The notes beneath the pieces were generated by a model. That model saw only the letters and a program-made list of their open reading frames with translations. It searched no databases and was not told the DNA's origin. Both the position numbers and the translations under genes were made by a program. Shown in pieces: positions 29,971-44,186 of a DNA stretch of 64,000 nucleotides (its first letter is position 1; each line of letters starts with the position of its first letter). Source of the stretch: the human T2T-CHM13v2.0 reference genome, Homo sapiens. The stretch lies in NCBI RefSeq assembly GCF_009914755.1, contig NC_060926.1, one strand, 5' to 3'.

Positions 29971-30164
29971 GTATGTATCAGGATTTATAACCTTCGAATA
30001 AGTGTTTAGAAACCCAAGCTAGAACATATGTTAAGAAAATAGAGCAGTTTAGTAGTGACAGTTGAAAAGCTACTGTCATACTACTGTGGGGTTTTTGGTA
30101 ACAATTAAACTGAGAAATGAGCAACAGAGAATCTCCCTTGGGTGAGCCTGATGAAAGTGCCCTC

Positions 30165-30383
30165 AAGCCTGGGCAACATAGTGAGACCCCGTCTCTACAA
30201 AAAAATAAAAAAGTTAGTCAGGTATGGTGGTGTGCCTGTGGTCCCAGGTACTCAGGAGGCTGAGGCAGGAATGTCGCTTGAGCTCAGGATATTAAGGCTG
30301 CAGTGAGCTGTGTTCCCACCACTGAGTTCCAGCCTGAGTGACAGAGCAAGATTCTGTTTCAAAAACTAAAACAAAACAAAAAA
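30165..30383 (+). mobile_element. 5'-truncated AluJ
   Basis: agcctgggcaacatagtgagaccccgtctctac... Confidence 0.85.
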
Positions 30384-30746
30384 CAGTGACCTCAATTTGA
30401 ACCTGCAAACTTTTAGTTCCCCTTCCATTTGAGGAGCACGATGGGAAGGAACTTGGGTTCTCTGGGACTCAGTTTACCTAACTGTGGACTAAGGAGGATA
30501 GATGAGATAATATTTTTTTAGACCTCTGTCTGTTCTTTCTACAATTTCTTTAGGAATCCTTTATTGTGAAAATTCTAAATCCATCAGTCTATAGTTATTT
30601 TATGTATTATATCATGATAGTGATTTTGGATTATAGGGATTCCTCAGATATGGAAGGACAGGCTGTTTCTACAAAAAACAAAAACAAAACAAAAAGTCTC
30701 AACAGTATTTCATAGGTCTAGATTTTCATATTTATTTAAAGCTATT

Positions 30747-31122
30747 TGATATAATTTGGCTCTGTGTTCCCACCCAAATCTCATTTGGAATTTTAATCCC
30801 CATGTGTCAGGGGAGGGACCTGGTGAGAGGTGATTGGATCATGGAGGTGGTTTCCCTCATGCTGTTGTCATGATAGTGAGTGAGTTCTCATGAGATCTGA
30901 TGGTTTAAAAGTATGTGGCAGTTCCCTACTCACTCTCTCTCTCTCCTGCCACCATGTAAGACGTGCCTTTCTACCTTGTCTGCCCTTCGCCTTCTGCCAT
31001 AATTCTAAGTTTCCTGGGGCCTCCCCAGCCATGTGGAATTGTGAGTCAATTAAACCTCTTTTCTTTATAAATCACCCAGGCTCAGGTAGTTTTTTGTAGT
31101 AGTATGAAAATGGACTAATATA
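30747..31122 (+). mobile_element. THE1D/MSTA solo LTR
   Basis: tgatataatttggctctgtgttcccacccaaatctc...gagatctgatggtttaaaag...tggactaata. Confidence 0.9.
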
Positions 31123-31625
31123 CCATCTAAATGTATTTATTCTAATTTTCTGAATTCCACTCTTTCCCAGGCAATGTCATTTACTAAACTTGGCAAGGCT
31201 GTGAATTCAACTTCTATTGTAATAGGTGCAACCTGTAGGATTAAATTTTGGGTTTCACTTTCATCTGTATCAAACCTGAAGATATAAGAAAGTGGAGGTT
31301 CTTTTAGGGCTGACACAGAAGTTTTCTGGTTTTCAGATTGTTCTTTAAGCTAGGTGTTCAAAGTCAGATCTTTCAATTCTCTTCATGTAAGCTCCTCAGT
31401 GCAATCAGAAACAGCTCCTCTCTACCCATCCAAGTTATTGTAATTATTATTCTCTACATCATCGGTAACTTGATCTCTTAGAACTTTGCTTTCAGTGAGC
31501 ACATTATCACAGACAACCACAGGTAATAACGTAAGCAACTGCTTTGTCCCTGCGCAATTATGGTTGTGGTCTACTAGTACTTGAAACTTGTCTGCTAGAA
31601 TGCCATTTTATTTCTCTCTCTCTCA

Positions 31626-31926
31626 TTTTTTTTTTTTTTTTTTTGAGATGGAATTTTGCTCTTGTTGCCCAGGCTGGAGTGCAGTGGCACGATCTTGGCT
31701 CACTGCAACCTCTGCCTCCTGGGTTGAAGTGATTCTCCTGCCTCGGCCTCCCGAGTAGCTAGCTGGGATTACAGGCATGTGCCACCACGCCCAGCTAATT
31801 TTTTGTATTTTTAGTAGAGAATCACTGTGTTAGCCAGGATGGTCTCGATCTCCCAACCTCAGATGATCCACCCACCTTGGCCTCCCAAAGTGCTGGGATT
31901 ACAGGGGTGAGCCACTGCACCCGGCT
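31626..31926 (-). mobile_element. AluS
   Basis: Dimer with a small deletion; TSD ag(a/t)atgccatttt. Confidence 0.93.
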
Positions 31927-31959
31927 AGTATGCCATTTTCACTATACATCTAGATAACT

Positions 31960-32570
31960 AACCTCAGGTTCGCAATTTTGAAGTTGGTTGCCAGGGTCCA
32001 AGACTGTTGATGCCATGGAGCTGTTGGAATGACTGCTGCTATTGCTGCAAACACATTGCTTTTCAGGAAATCAGATACCTGCTGCTGTTAAGAGCACAGG
32101 CTCTTGGGAGGTCACAGTGGCTTGCTTCTGTTCTGTTCCTCCAGGGTCAGAACCCTCAGGTATCAGGCCCCTGAGATTGCTGACATGCTGCTGCCACTGC
32201 TAGAGTCAGAGTCTGTGAGTGCCATGCTGCTGGCACATCCCTTCTCATAATGTCATTACCAAAGGATCTGTGCTGCCTGAGTAGCAGAAACCCAGGATTC
32301 ACACTTGCCTGCCACTTTTGTTGCTGCTGCTAGAAGCAAAAGTAGGAAAAACAAAATGGCTTCTCTCTTTCTCCTGCCTCTCAAGAGGAGTGTCTCCAGG
32401 CAGTGTCTCCCAATGGCAGAGCCCTATCTAAAGCCAGCTGGCAAGGGAATCTGGGCTGTGCATATATGTGGTTTTCAGGCTTCCAGGCTCCTGCAATTCA
32501 GAGCAGAGAGAGAGAAAGAGTGAGGGGGAAAAAACAAGGAACTGGGAATAGAGCTGTTAGCAATCTGTAA
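31960..32570 (-). mobile_element. LTR33-like (ERVL) LTR relic
   Basis: cagtgtctcccaatggcagagccc...agccagctggcaagggaatctggg...ttttcaggcttcc. Confidence 0.55.
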
Positions 32571-32619
32571 AATGGTTGGTGCCTATATTATACACCAGAT
32601 AAGTTACTAGGCATAATAT

Positions 32620-33109
32620 AGAATTGAAAAAAATTGAGCCTCATGGCTCAAGTATCCTACTTATTTTCCTTCCTTTATCCATGCAATCCAACTTTTCAGC
32701 TCCTCTCACTAAGAGGTGGGCCCTACTTCTTCATCACTTGAATCTTGGCTTGCCCTGCGACTTATTTTAGCTAATAAAATATAGCAGAACTGATAGTGCC
32801 AGTTCTGAGCCTAGGCCTCAACAGGACCTCTGTGTTTTCACTTACCTTCTTTGAGTCATGCCTCCACACAATAAAAAGCCCAGGTTAGAATGTTGGAAGT
32901 TAAGATACATGGAGCAAAGACGAGTTGTACCAACTGAGGCTTCACTGTAGACCAGTTAGCCCTTAGTCAATCTGCCAGCTAACCATGAACACATGAGTGA
33001 GTTCAGCCGAGAACGGCTAATTCCAGCTTCCCAGACAACTCAAAGATTGGTGATTTTAAGCCACTAACTTTTTGACTGATTTGTTATGCAGCAATAGCTA
33101 ACTGATACA
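32620..33109 (+). mobile_element. MLT1 (H-like) LTR
   Basis: Ends ttttaagccactaa...tttgttatgcagcaatagctaactgataca. Confidence 0.75.
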
Positions 33110-33388
33110 TCTACTCTCAAGAGTGCAAAACCCAGCAATGAAGAGATAACACACACATAGAGAGAATGAAAAGACATGGTTATGTAATGTATATTTACTG
33201 CTCATTAGATTATACAGTATGTCACGCTCAAAAAATTTCCAAGGAGGGGAGGAAGTTCCTGTGGACTGAATTTTTGTGGAGTCTTTCAGTAAGAGATAAA
33301 ACATGAGCAGGGCCTCGAAAAGTTAGCAGTATTTCAGTTGACCCAGATGCAGCAAAATATTTAGGAAATAGTACAACAACAACCAGTC

Positions 33389-33700
33389 TTTTTTTGTTTT
33401 GTTTTTTGTTTTGTTTTGAGACGGGATCTTCCTCTGTTGCCTAGGCTGGAGTGCAATGGTGCAATCACAGCTCACTGAAGCTTTGACTTCCCAGGCTTGA
33501 GCCATACTCCCACCCTCAGCTTTGCAAGTAGTTGGGACCACAGGTGCATGCCTCCGTATCTGGCTAATTTTTTTGATTTCTTTTAGAGACGATGTCTCGC
33601 TATATCACCTAGGCTGGTTTTGAATTCCTGAGCTCAAGTGATTTTCCTACCTTAGCCTCCCAAAGTCCTGGGATTACAGATGTGAGATACTGCATCCGAC
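33389..33700 (-). mobile_element. AluJ
   Basis: Diverged dimer (caatcacagctcactg, ctgagctcaagtgat). Confidence 0.9.
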
Positions 33701-33869
33701 TGACAACCAACAATTTAACACAAAGATCAAATGTATTGAGTGAAAATTTTGAAGAAGTCATCACTATCTCTTTCACCTACATTAATATTCCTTGTTGGGC
33801 AATAGCTGAGTGCTGTCAGAGTAATGAAACATGTAAACAAACCCATATATTTTTAAAACAAGTTCAATT

Positions 33870-34880
33870 ACTATAAACATTTTTCAAACTAGCGCAAAAG
33901 TCTATAGTTATTGAAGAATAGTTGGAAATTACAAAGAAGAAACATTTCTCATCTAATCTATAATCCCACTTACAGAAGCAGTCACTATTACTGTTTTAGT
34001 ATATTTTTCCAATCTTTTAAAAACACATATTCACATGGTAAGTATCAAATGGTAAATATAATTTGTGTAATTCTTTTGCCCTTTTTGTTTTAGACAGGGT
34101 CTGGCTCTGTCACCCAGGCTGGAGTGCAATCTCGGCATACTGCAACCTCTGCCTCCCGGTTCAAATGATTCTCGTTCCTCAGCCTCCTAAGTAGCTGGGA
34201 TTACAGAAATGTACCACCATGCCTGGCTAATTTTTGTATTTTTAGTAGAGACAGTTTTAGTAAAGACAGTTTTGCCTTATTGGCCAGGCTGGTCTTGAAC
34301 TCCTGGCCCCAAGTAATCTACCCACTTCGGCCTCCCAAAATACTGGGATTACAGGCATGAGCCACAGAGCCCAGCCTACCTTTTCTATTTTAATAAACAT
34401 TTTCACATTTATTAAATTGTCTAAAAAATGTAGTTTTTAATGACATCATAATATTTTACTTTATCGATGTACCATTATTTAATCTTTTCCCTGTTTTGGA
34501 CAATTATGTTGTTTCCTGTTTTGTTTTATTGTAAGTAGCTCTAGGACAGCCACCTTTCTGTATAAAACATATTTAGATTATTTACTTAATATAGCTTAAT
34601 AGAACAAATTTTGTGCATTTTTAGGGGGTGGTGGTATATATTGTCAAATTTCTTTTCCAGGCACCACTTATTTTATTGCATCTTTCCTGAGTTGAGCACA
34701 GGCAAGTATATACATGTATATAGAGTTACTTTAATAAACACAAATCGGAAAACCTGTTGTTGTTTTAATTTGCATTTCCTTAAGTATGAGATAGCCTGAA
34801 CATTTTTTCATGCACTTATTGACTCTTTGCTTCCCTTTTTTTTTTTTTTTTTTTTTGCGTGTGAACTGACTGTTCATGGT
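33870..34880 (-). mobile_element. L1ME-type relic interrupted by an AluS at 34082-34376
   Basis: ttttggacaattatgttgtttcc, tgttttaatttgcatttcctt, aacattttttcatg. Confidence 0.6.
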
Positions 34881-36030
34881 CTAGAGAATTGATATCGACA
34901 TCAAAGTTCTTTTGTGGATGACCAGCTGCTCCTTGCCTCCTGTGGGATGTGGGCTGTGCAGTAGGGAAGCTGTCATCTCTGATAAAAACGCCTATAGGAT
35001 GGGCTGCCTCACATGGCCGTCCCCGCAGCTGTCACCAGGGTGGCATTGCCAGGGCTCTGCTATAGACAGCCCATCTACACGGGAGGACTTGGAATCTCAA
35101 ACCTGAGGCTCCATTCATGCAGTTGCCTCCAGGGCCCTGAACGCTGCAGCACTTGTGCCCTGGGGGTTGTTTGCTATATATGATAGAAGCATTTTAAGGG
35201 CTTTCAATTTTCCAGTGGTATAAGGCCCTGCTGTGACCAAGAGGAAAGTAGGTACCATAAGGCCATGTTGCACTGGGATATTGTGGGCTGCTTGGCCTGC
35301 ACTTGCCCGTTTCTTCTCTGGCTCCATAGTGTGCAGTGCTGAAGTCGCTAGTAGTGAGCTTTTGAGCCTCATTACCTATCTAGAGTACCGTGTGCTTCTG
35401 CAGCAAGCCACCTGTTAATGTCAAAAGAAACCCAGATTTGTGCATATTCGCTGGAGGCAATATATCCATTTTGGCTCAGATCGAGCTTGGTAATGTGAGT
35501 GATGACGATAACTCAGAGATCAGCTTGTTGCTGTTCTGTACTCTGTGGCATTCAGAACACCCTTTTATTGCAGCATTTATCTCTCAGTGGTTTAATTATC
35601 TACTCACTCAAATGCTTGTGCCTCTGGAGTCTGAGCTCCGAGTGGGAGTGGGAGCAGACAGCATTTTATCCATTGCTGTATGTCCAGTGCTCTGTATAGG
35701 AGCTAACACACAGCAATTGCTCAGGAAATATTTTCTGAACCAAAGGAATATCATCATTTGGATTCCGAGGAAAAGAAAACCTCATAAAACCTTGGATGAA
35801 AAGGTAATTTGCCAATGAAGTTTTCAAAAGCAGCTAGCAACAGGATGGCTCTGGTCCCATTGCTGCTGCAGACTCCCTGCCCAGTGCTCTCTCCTGTGCA
35901 TGCTCTGCAGTCCTGAGCCAGAAGGCCCTGCAACAGACAGGCAGCCATAGTCCTTGCAGTGGGAGAAGAAGGCCAGGATTCATTGAATCTTGCCCAGCTC
36001 TCATAACCAAGATTTTTCCATTTGGTGTGT

Positions 36031-36821
<791 letters not shown>

Positions 36822-39800
36822 CATGGTTTGGTATTGCCTCCTCTCCTGTGCAGCCAGGGTTAATACGATAAAGAGGAAACCATGGTTTCTTAGTGAAATC
36901 CTTCTGCTTGAAAGACAAATTCAGCATCTGAGGACCTGGTTTGAGGTCTGGTTTGAATGTGGTCAAGAAGTGCAGCCTGTGGCAAATCCCTGAGCTTCTC
37001 TGAGCCTCGTTTTCTTCACCTGGAAAATAAAAATGACAATGTACACCCAGTGGGGCAGTTTTGACCTCAGATGAGAACGTGGGCGTGAGACTGCTTGGCT
37101 GGCCTGCAGCTGGGATGGGCCAGAAACGCTGCCCAGCCCAGCCCAGTCCAGAGTCTCCGTGTTTTCTCCCCTTCTATGTCTCCTTCCCCCATCTGTGGCC
37201 CTCTAATGGCTTTGGCATCTCTGTGGTCCATTTCCTGGAGGGTGTAAATTATTTATGGGACAGACATATCAGCCTGCAGGCGGAGGCCGCTGCATCAGAC
37301 GCAGCGTTGTGCCTGCAGGAGGAGGCTGGGGATCAGCCTGACCTGGCCCTGCTCCCCGCTTCCCACCCCCTAAAGGCTGCCTCCAGCCCTGTGCCTCCAC
37401 CACAGGGATCTTGCACTGCTCCCCGGGGCTGTCCCTGGAGCCCTCCTCCCCTGGCCTCGGCCATGCACTCTGAGCCACTGGGTTTCTCTCTTGGAAGGAA
37501 GCTTGGCCTCTTACTGGCCATGAATAATAGATGAGCGCTTAGGGAAGGGGTCTGGTGAGGACACTCCCCTCGTTAGTGATCCTGATATCACCCCTGAGGA
37601 GCCCCCTCTCCACGCAGCTTCTGCCCCCAGCACACAGGCTTGGGCTGGGTTGGGTGTGGGAAGCAGGGTTTTTCGAACCATTGATAGAATGGCTGAGAAG
37701 AGGCTCTGAGCCCACTCAGGCTGCTGCCTCACTAGGGAGAGTCCAGAGTGACTCTGGTTACCCACCTGACGATGCACAGGATGGTTTCCCAGCAGGAAAT
37801 GGTGTGTCAATATCCCTGTGCAGTTGTTCTTGGCCTGGGGGAGAGGAGGGAGGTAATGGATTCTTTTCAGTGTCCAAGGATGCTACAGATGCTCCCCAGA
37901 AACTGCACATGTGCACAAACACAAAGACTCGCAAGCAATCTCGGCAGGTCCCAGCAGGTCCCCTGACCTCCTTGCTAGTGGCCTCTTGTACTGAATTGAG
38001 CCCAGTTTCTGAATTCAGACAGACTCACATGTGAATCCAAACTTCACTAGCTCTCCACCCATCTGCCTGGGACACCTTCCCTGTAGCCTCTTCCTGCCTC
38101 AATCCTCAACCTTCAGGTCTCAGCAAAAGCCTTCTTGGGCTCCCAGGATGAGTTTAGGTTCTGGCACTCTTTATTTTTCTTTCCCTGACGTTTGTGACAC
38201 TGGTTCTTATGGTTTTATTGTTGGTCTTCTCTACAAGGACAGCAGTCACTCTGTTTTCTTCACCACTGCATGCCAAGTGCTTAGCACAATGCTTCTTACC
38301 CAGCAGGCACTGAGCCAATATTAATCTTGGATTAGTCACTCAACTTTTCATACTACTCTGCCCACAGAAGGAATGGTCGGATCCACTTCCTAAAATAAAG
38401 CTAGGTTATATACCGGGAGAGGATTTCCGTTTATCTTATAATGACTTTGAGACGCATCCTTATTTTTATCTGGTCCCCTAAGCTTGGGGGTTTGTGGATC
38501 AGAGGTGATTTGCATGGTCCTACCCCATACAAACACTGGAGGCAGTATTTAGGACCCTCTGTCACTTACCATGGCTGACTAGTTCTGGCCTTTTTACTGG
38601 AGCAAGAGGAGTATACAGGTACTAGACATAGCTTTTCCTAATCAAGGAAAGGCATAATTAAACCCTGGATAAAGGAGATTGAAGAAGCTTTTCAGGTTGC
38701 TTTGTAGTTTACCAAGGGTCTGGGGCAGCAACGTAAGGGTTGAAACCACCTTGGGGGCAGAGTAGGGGACAGGAATGAGAGGGGAGAAATGAGATCACCA
38801 CTTGTGAAGCTGCCATGGACCAGGGATGGTGCTGGGTACTTTCTTTATTAGGTTATTCATTTCATGTGGGCCCGGGGATTAAGTACTTTAATATCCATTT
38901 ATAGAAGAGGACACTGAGGCTCAGAGTGGTCACATGCCTTGCCTGAGTTCACCTAGTTCATACACCGGGAAGGACGGGGCAGGGATAATATTTTAGCATG
39001 CCATGTGTGCTGAGCTTCTTTCTTTCAAATCACGTGTGCATTTTGTGAATGGTCTTGGCCACAAGTTCACATGCTGGGAGAAGTAGATATCACTGTGTCC
39101 ATTAGATTGGTGAGGGGTGGTAATGCTTGAAGAAGTGCAGTGGCTTACTAAGGATTGCATGTCTCGGAGAGGCTGTGTGGCCAGGGAGGGAAAGACTGCT
39201 GGTTGAATGGAACCCGAATGAGTGTTCCGGGATATCGATTCATCCTGCCCTGCTCTCCTCTCCTTTGATGTGTCAGGCCTGAGAGCCCCTTAGCTGGGGA
39301 GCTCTACTGTCATCAAAGTATTGTCTTCTACAGGGACAACATTTTCCAATTTCCGAAGGACTTTTATATCTACTAGGCCCTGTAACCTCCAAACAGCCCT
39401 TCAGGGTAGGTACTATTGTTCACAGTTTAGAAGTGAGGAAACTGAGGCTCCACAATTTTGTGCAACCTGCACAGGGGCACACTGCTAGGAGGTTGCGGAG
39501 TTGGGATTCCCTCTGACCCATCTTCTGGTCTTCCACAGTCAAGGTCAACCCTGGACTGTGCAGGCCAACGACCTTGGTCTCCCTCTGATCTCCCGCTGCG
39601 CTGGGCTCGTTGTTCCTGGATGGAGGGTTGGCTCCCTCACTTTGTTAGCCCGACTGATAAGAGGAGAGCTGCTTTCCAACAAACCAGAGACTTGCTTGGG
39701 GTCGTGCAAAAGAAACATTGACTCCCTTATGTCACAAGGAGCCTGTGGGACCTTGGTTTGTGGCCACATCTCTGGATAGTGACTATCTGGAAATGTCTCG

Positions 39801-40319
39801 TTGGCTTCCTGCAGCATGCCAGGGCAGAGCGTCAGCCAGCCGTAGTGAGAAAACACACTCAAGTCACTTGTCCCTCACAGAGTACATAACCTTCACTCAA
39901 ATGCAATTTAACAGCTGCCCAGAATGTATTTGTTTCTAACGTATCTTTTAAAATTTTCTTTGTGCTGCTAGATCTAACAGAAGTGATTTCTGCATGTGAG
40001 TGACTAATAGATCCTTTTACCTTGCGATTCATTTTTTTAAAAAAGATTTGCCAACAAAAATTGCATTTGGTATATAATAAAAGGAATGTCATAGAAGTTT
40101 GGAAACATAGAAAGATAATAGGCTGACTAATGAAGACCACAGAACACATCTAAGCTGTGGACCTCTGGGCAAAGATGTACCCCTTCTTAGTTTTCCTGTT
40201 TGTGAAAGTAGGGGGAAGGGAACTAGCTGACCTGGACACTATTCTGAGTGAGGTGCAAAATTTCATTTAATCCACACAGCAACCCCAGGGAGCAGGAGGT
40301 ATTAGCATCTTTGGGGCTA

Positions 40320-40961
40320 ATGGGGCTTCAACAGGAGGCTGGTAGGGTCAAACTGTCATTCCAGAGGAACCTTCTGAAGACTAGGTGGTGAGGGGGCTGG
40401 AGAGAGAGGAGACCAATATTAAATGGCGCCAGCAAAAGCTGATGAAGTCCTGAACCAAGGCAGGGAAGAGACGAGACCATAGATGTGGCTGACGCAAAAA
40501 CGCAGCATCCATCAGGGAAGGTGTGAGGTCACCCAGGAAGACGTGACTTCTGAATAATGCGTGGACCAGGAGGACGTGGCTTCTGGGGGACCCCACACCT
40601 TCCCCGATGGATGCTGTGTTTTTGCATCAGTCAAGATGAGAAAATGAGGTTCAGAGTCTTCACCTAAAGTCTTATGAGTAGTAACAGAGGTGAGTGGGGG
40701 AGGAAGCACTTGTATTTGTCCGATTGCATAGACATGTGCTCCTGGGAAACCCTATACCTTCCCCGAGGGACACTGCATTTTTCATCAGCCACATCTATGG
40801 TCTTGTCTCTTCTCTGCCTTGGTTTAGGACTTCATCAGTTGTCCCTGGTGCCATTTAATATTGGTCTCATCTCTCCCCAGGCTCCTCACCACGTAGTCTC
40901 CAGAAGGTTCCTCTGGAGCCACCGTCTGACCCTACCTACCAGCCTCCTGTAGAAACCCCAT
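40320..40961. repeat. Inverted repeat with ~220-bp L2-derived arms and a nested 50-bp fold-back
   Basis: 40320-40538 is the reverse complement of 40740-40961; 40487-40536 also pairs with 40583-40632. Confidence 0.9.
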
Positions 40962-42055
40962 GCTGGCTCCCAGTTGACCAGAAAAACAATTTTTAGTGTG
41001 GCATTCAAAACTTCTCACTTGTCCACAGTTTGCCTTTCCAACCTTTAAAATAAACACCTACATTTGCAAGAATAATGCACTTTATGGAAGAAGATCTCAT
41101 ATATGTTAACCTCAGCAGCTTATTGTATCTCTTATTTTCAAGCCAATAGGTCCAGACACCATTTTCTAAACATTTGTATATATGTTTCTGCCTTGAGGCA
41201 TTTCTTCATGAGCTTTCTTCTGCTTGAAATGTATTTTTCCTTAAATTCACATTTTCTTTTTCCTTCAATGACCCTTCTAATGGGCACCTTCTCCAGGAAG
41301 CATTCTATGGTCTCTGTGCCATGCCAGAATCCACTCTTTGATTTCCGCAGTACCACAGAATGCCAAGCTTTCGGAGGGGAAGATTTGTGTCTGAGCCACC
41401 GCCATCCCTCCCAAGACTCAGAAATGCCTCATGAAATGTTTGTTAAACCAAAACATTAGATAGCATTGAATTAATTAGTATCAATCAATACTATTGCTTT
41501 CTGAATGAATGCAAGTTGGGTTTAATACTTATTATTAACCAGGACTGTGAAATATAATAGAAATAAAGTGACCAGATCCTGGCAAGAGGAGGGCAGCGAA
41601 GATATGCCTCGTTGGGTGAGCTCTGGGGAAGGGTTTTCCATGTTCTCCATTGGAACTAAGGGTTTGAAGGGGCAGGTGTGGGGCCCCTCAGTCTCCAGGG
41701 CCATCCCTGCCTCTCCTTCAAGAACCTTCCAGAGCACTCATTAGCCCACATCCTGCCCCATTCAAATAGCACAGTGGTGCCCAAGTAATTTGACAGCAGA
41801 GGGATGGCAGAGGAATATTAAACATAATAGACATCCTGGTTGCTAAAAGGTAACCGTGTTTTACCATTGCTGCGCTGTCCCTGACTAGGTGCTCCTATGT
41901 GATCTGTTTTCTTTTTCACTTCCTTGTTAATTCTGAGGCGTTCCTTGACCTATCCTTGGCAACCTATGTGCCAAGGATTATAGTGTTGAAAAGATGGAGA
42001 AGGCAGTGAGGGAGAAGAAGAGGAGATGAAGAGTGGGAGAAGTGTTTATACTCAA

Positions 42056-42184
42056 ACACACACACACATGCATGTGCACACATACGTGTACACACATTGC
42101 ATGTACACACATACACACACCTACGCACCTACACATACACACATACACACACACACACACACATACACACACACACACACACAC
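42056..42184. repeat. Degenerate (CA)n
   Basis: Seen directly. Confidence 0.95.
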
Positions 42185-42896
42185 CACGTCTATTGCCCTG
42201 CAGTTATTTGCAGTTGGTCTTGAGAGATCTGATGGGCAGGTGAAAAACTTAAGAACAGGATACCACAGTGAAGCACAAAATGCAAGGCCCCGCCTTAAGG
42301 GCTTTGCGAGTTCTGTGCACTCCTGAAGGGTGATGGAGCATAAGAGTGAGATTACCTGAAGGATTCATAGGATGCAGGCCCCTTTAAAGAGCTAGGGTCC
42401 TGGCAGGTTTCCATTCTTTGAACCGTTAAACTCTTAAGTCTCTCTCAGTTAATTGGCACAATGCAGCTTGCCCCTTTGGAAATGTGGAGCCCCCGTTGGG
42501 AGTGTGGAATGATGCCCCACTGGGGTCTAGAAGGCTGGGTTGGGCAGACCTGATGGTGGCTTCCTATGACAGGGGAGACCTGGGAGAAGACCCTGGGATC
42601 CGTCCTGCAGGAACGTGGAAAGCACAGCCTTTGGAAGTGCTCTTTGTCAATATCATCCCCTGCAGGGCTCGTCTGAACCTCTGCTCTGAACTGTGCATTT
42701 TTAGGTGTCTGTGTGTTGGGGGCGGTGACGCTGATGGTGTTGTGACTGTGGGAACTCTTTCCTCTCTCCTCTTCATGGCGTTACTTCATACAGCAATCTG
42801 CTCAGTTGTCACCTCCTCAGATTAGATCTTCCCTGGCACTCCATCTAGAATAGTCCCTCTCCCTGACTTTATTTTGAAGCATTTTAAGATGGCCTC

Positions 42897-43232
<336 letters not shown>

Positions 43233-44056
43233 CTATAGGCAGGAACTGTTGGTATATGTGTATGTGTATTCATTTAATCCTCCCAACAACTTGATGAATT
43301 TAAAGCTGTTAAATTTTCATTTTACAAATAGAGGAACTGAGGCATAGAAAAGTTAAGTAACTTGACTTCTATCTGGGAATAGGTCTGGGATTCAAACTGG
43401 GCAGTCTGGCTGAGCATGGTAGTATATCACCTACTTCCCAGTGTTTGAGGTAGGTAAGAGGAGATAATGGGTGTAAGGCCCGAAGCACTGCTGGTGCTTT
43501 TGCAGCATACATTTAATTGCTTTTATGATGCTGCTGCTGGTTTTGCTGTAAAGATAGAGCTCATTTTAGAAAAACATGAGCCCCAAAGGCACGAATAACA
43601 ACCTGACTTTCCAAATTATTCTCCTTCTTCTCCCCAACCATTTCCCACACTTACATCTTTCTTTATAGCTTTGGGAATATTTTAATGCTTTTAAAATGGA
43701 CAAGTCACGAAGTTTAGTGTCTACTTTGACCCAACCTTCTCCAGTGGCATTTAAGGACCCAGAGAAGTAGAGAGAATGTGGCCAGGCATGGGAGCGTCCA
43801 TATTGCCTGGGGCCGTGTATGCGTGCAGTTCTGTCAGTAATTCTACGTGTATGCAGACATGCCTTTCTTAATAAAAATGCAGTTGGATGGTGTGTTCTGT
43901 TTCTCTCTTCATTGCTTCCTCTATCTACCCTTGATGGAGAACGGTCTTTAGCATGCTTACTTACTAGTGTTATCCAATGAGGTCAATATTAGCAAGGGAA
44001 ATGAATTATAGGTGCTTTACTCTGAAGGGTATGAAAGATTAGAGTGAACCTTTCAG

Positions 44057-44186
44057 CAGGATAGGGATGGGGGTGAGGTAAGTGAGGTGCGGAGGGTGCA
44101 CCTAGGGACTGGTTGCACCTTGAGAGAGATGCACCTTAAATTTTGCGCCCTAGATGCTTCTGGCCTCACTGGAATCCCTAGCCCTG
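44057..44186. mobile_element. MER91A-like hAT-Tip100 MITE relic
   Basis: cagg...ggtgaggtaagtgagg...ttaaattttgcgccctag...cctcac...gccctg. Confidence 0.6.

Noticed and set aside
35376-35411. 36-nt - strand exon candidate (ttcttttgacattaacag|...gatag|gtaatg)
   Set aside because: Splice signals only moderate, stops in two of three phases, no recognisable peptide or partner exon
37273-37319. Bulged GC-rich hairpin (cctgcaggc...cgctgc/gcagcg...gcctgcagg)
   Set aside because: Short interrupted stems are expected by chance in GC-rich sequence
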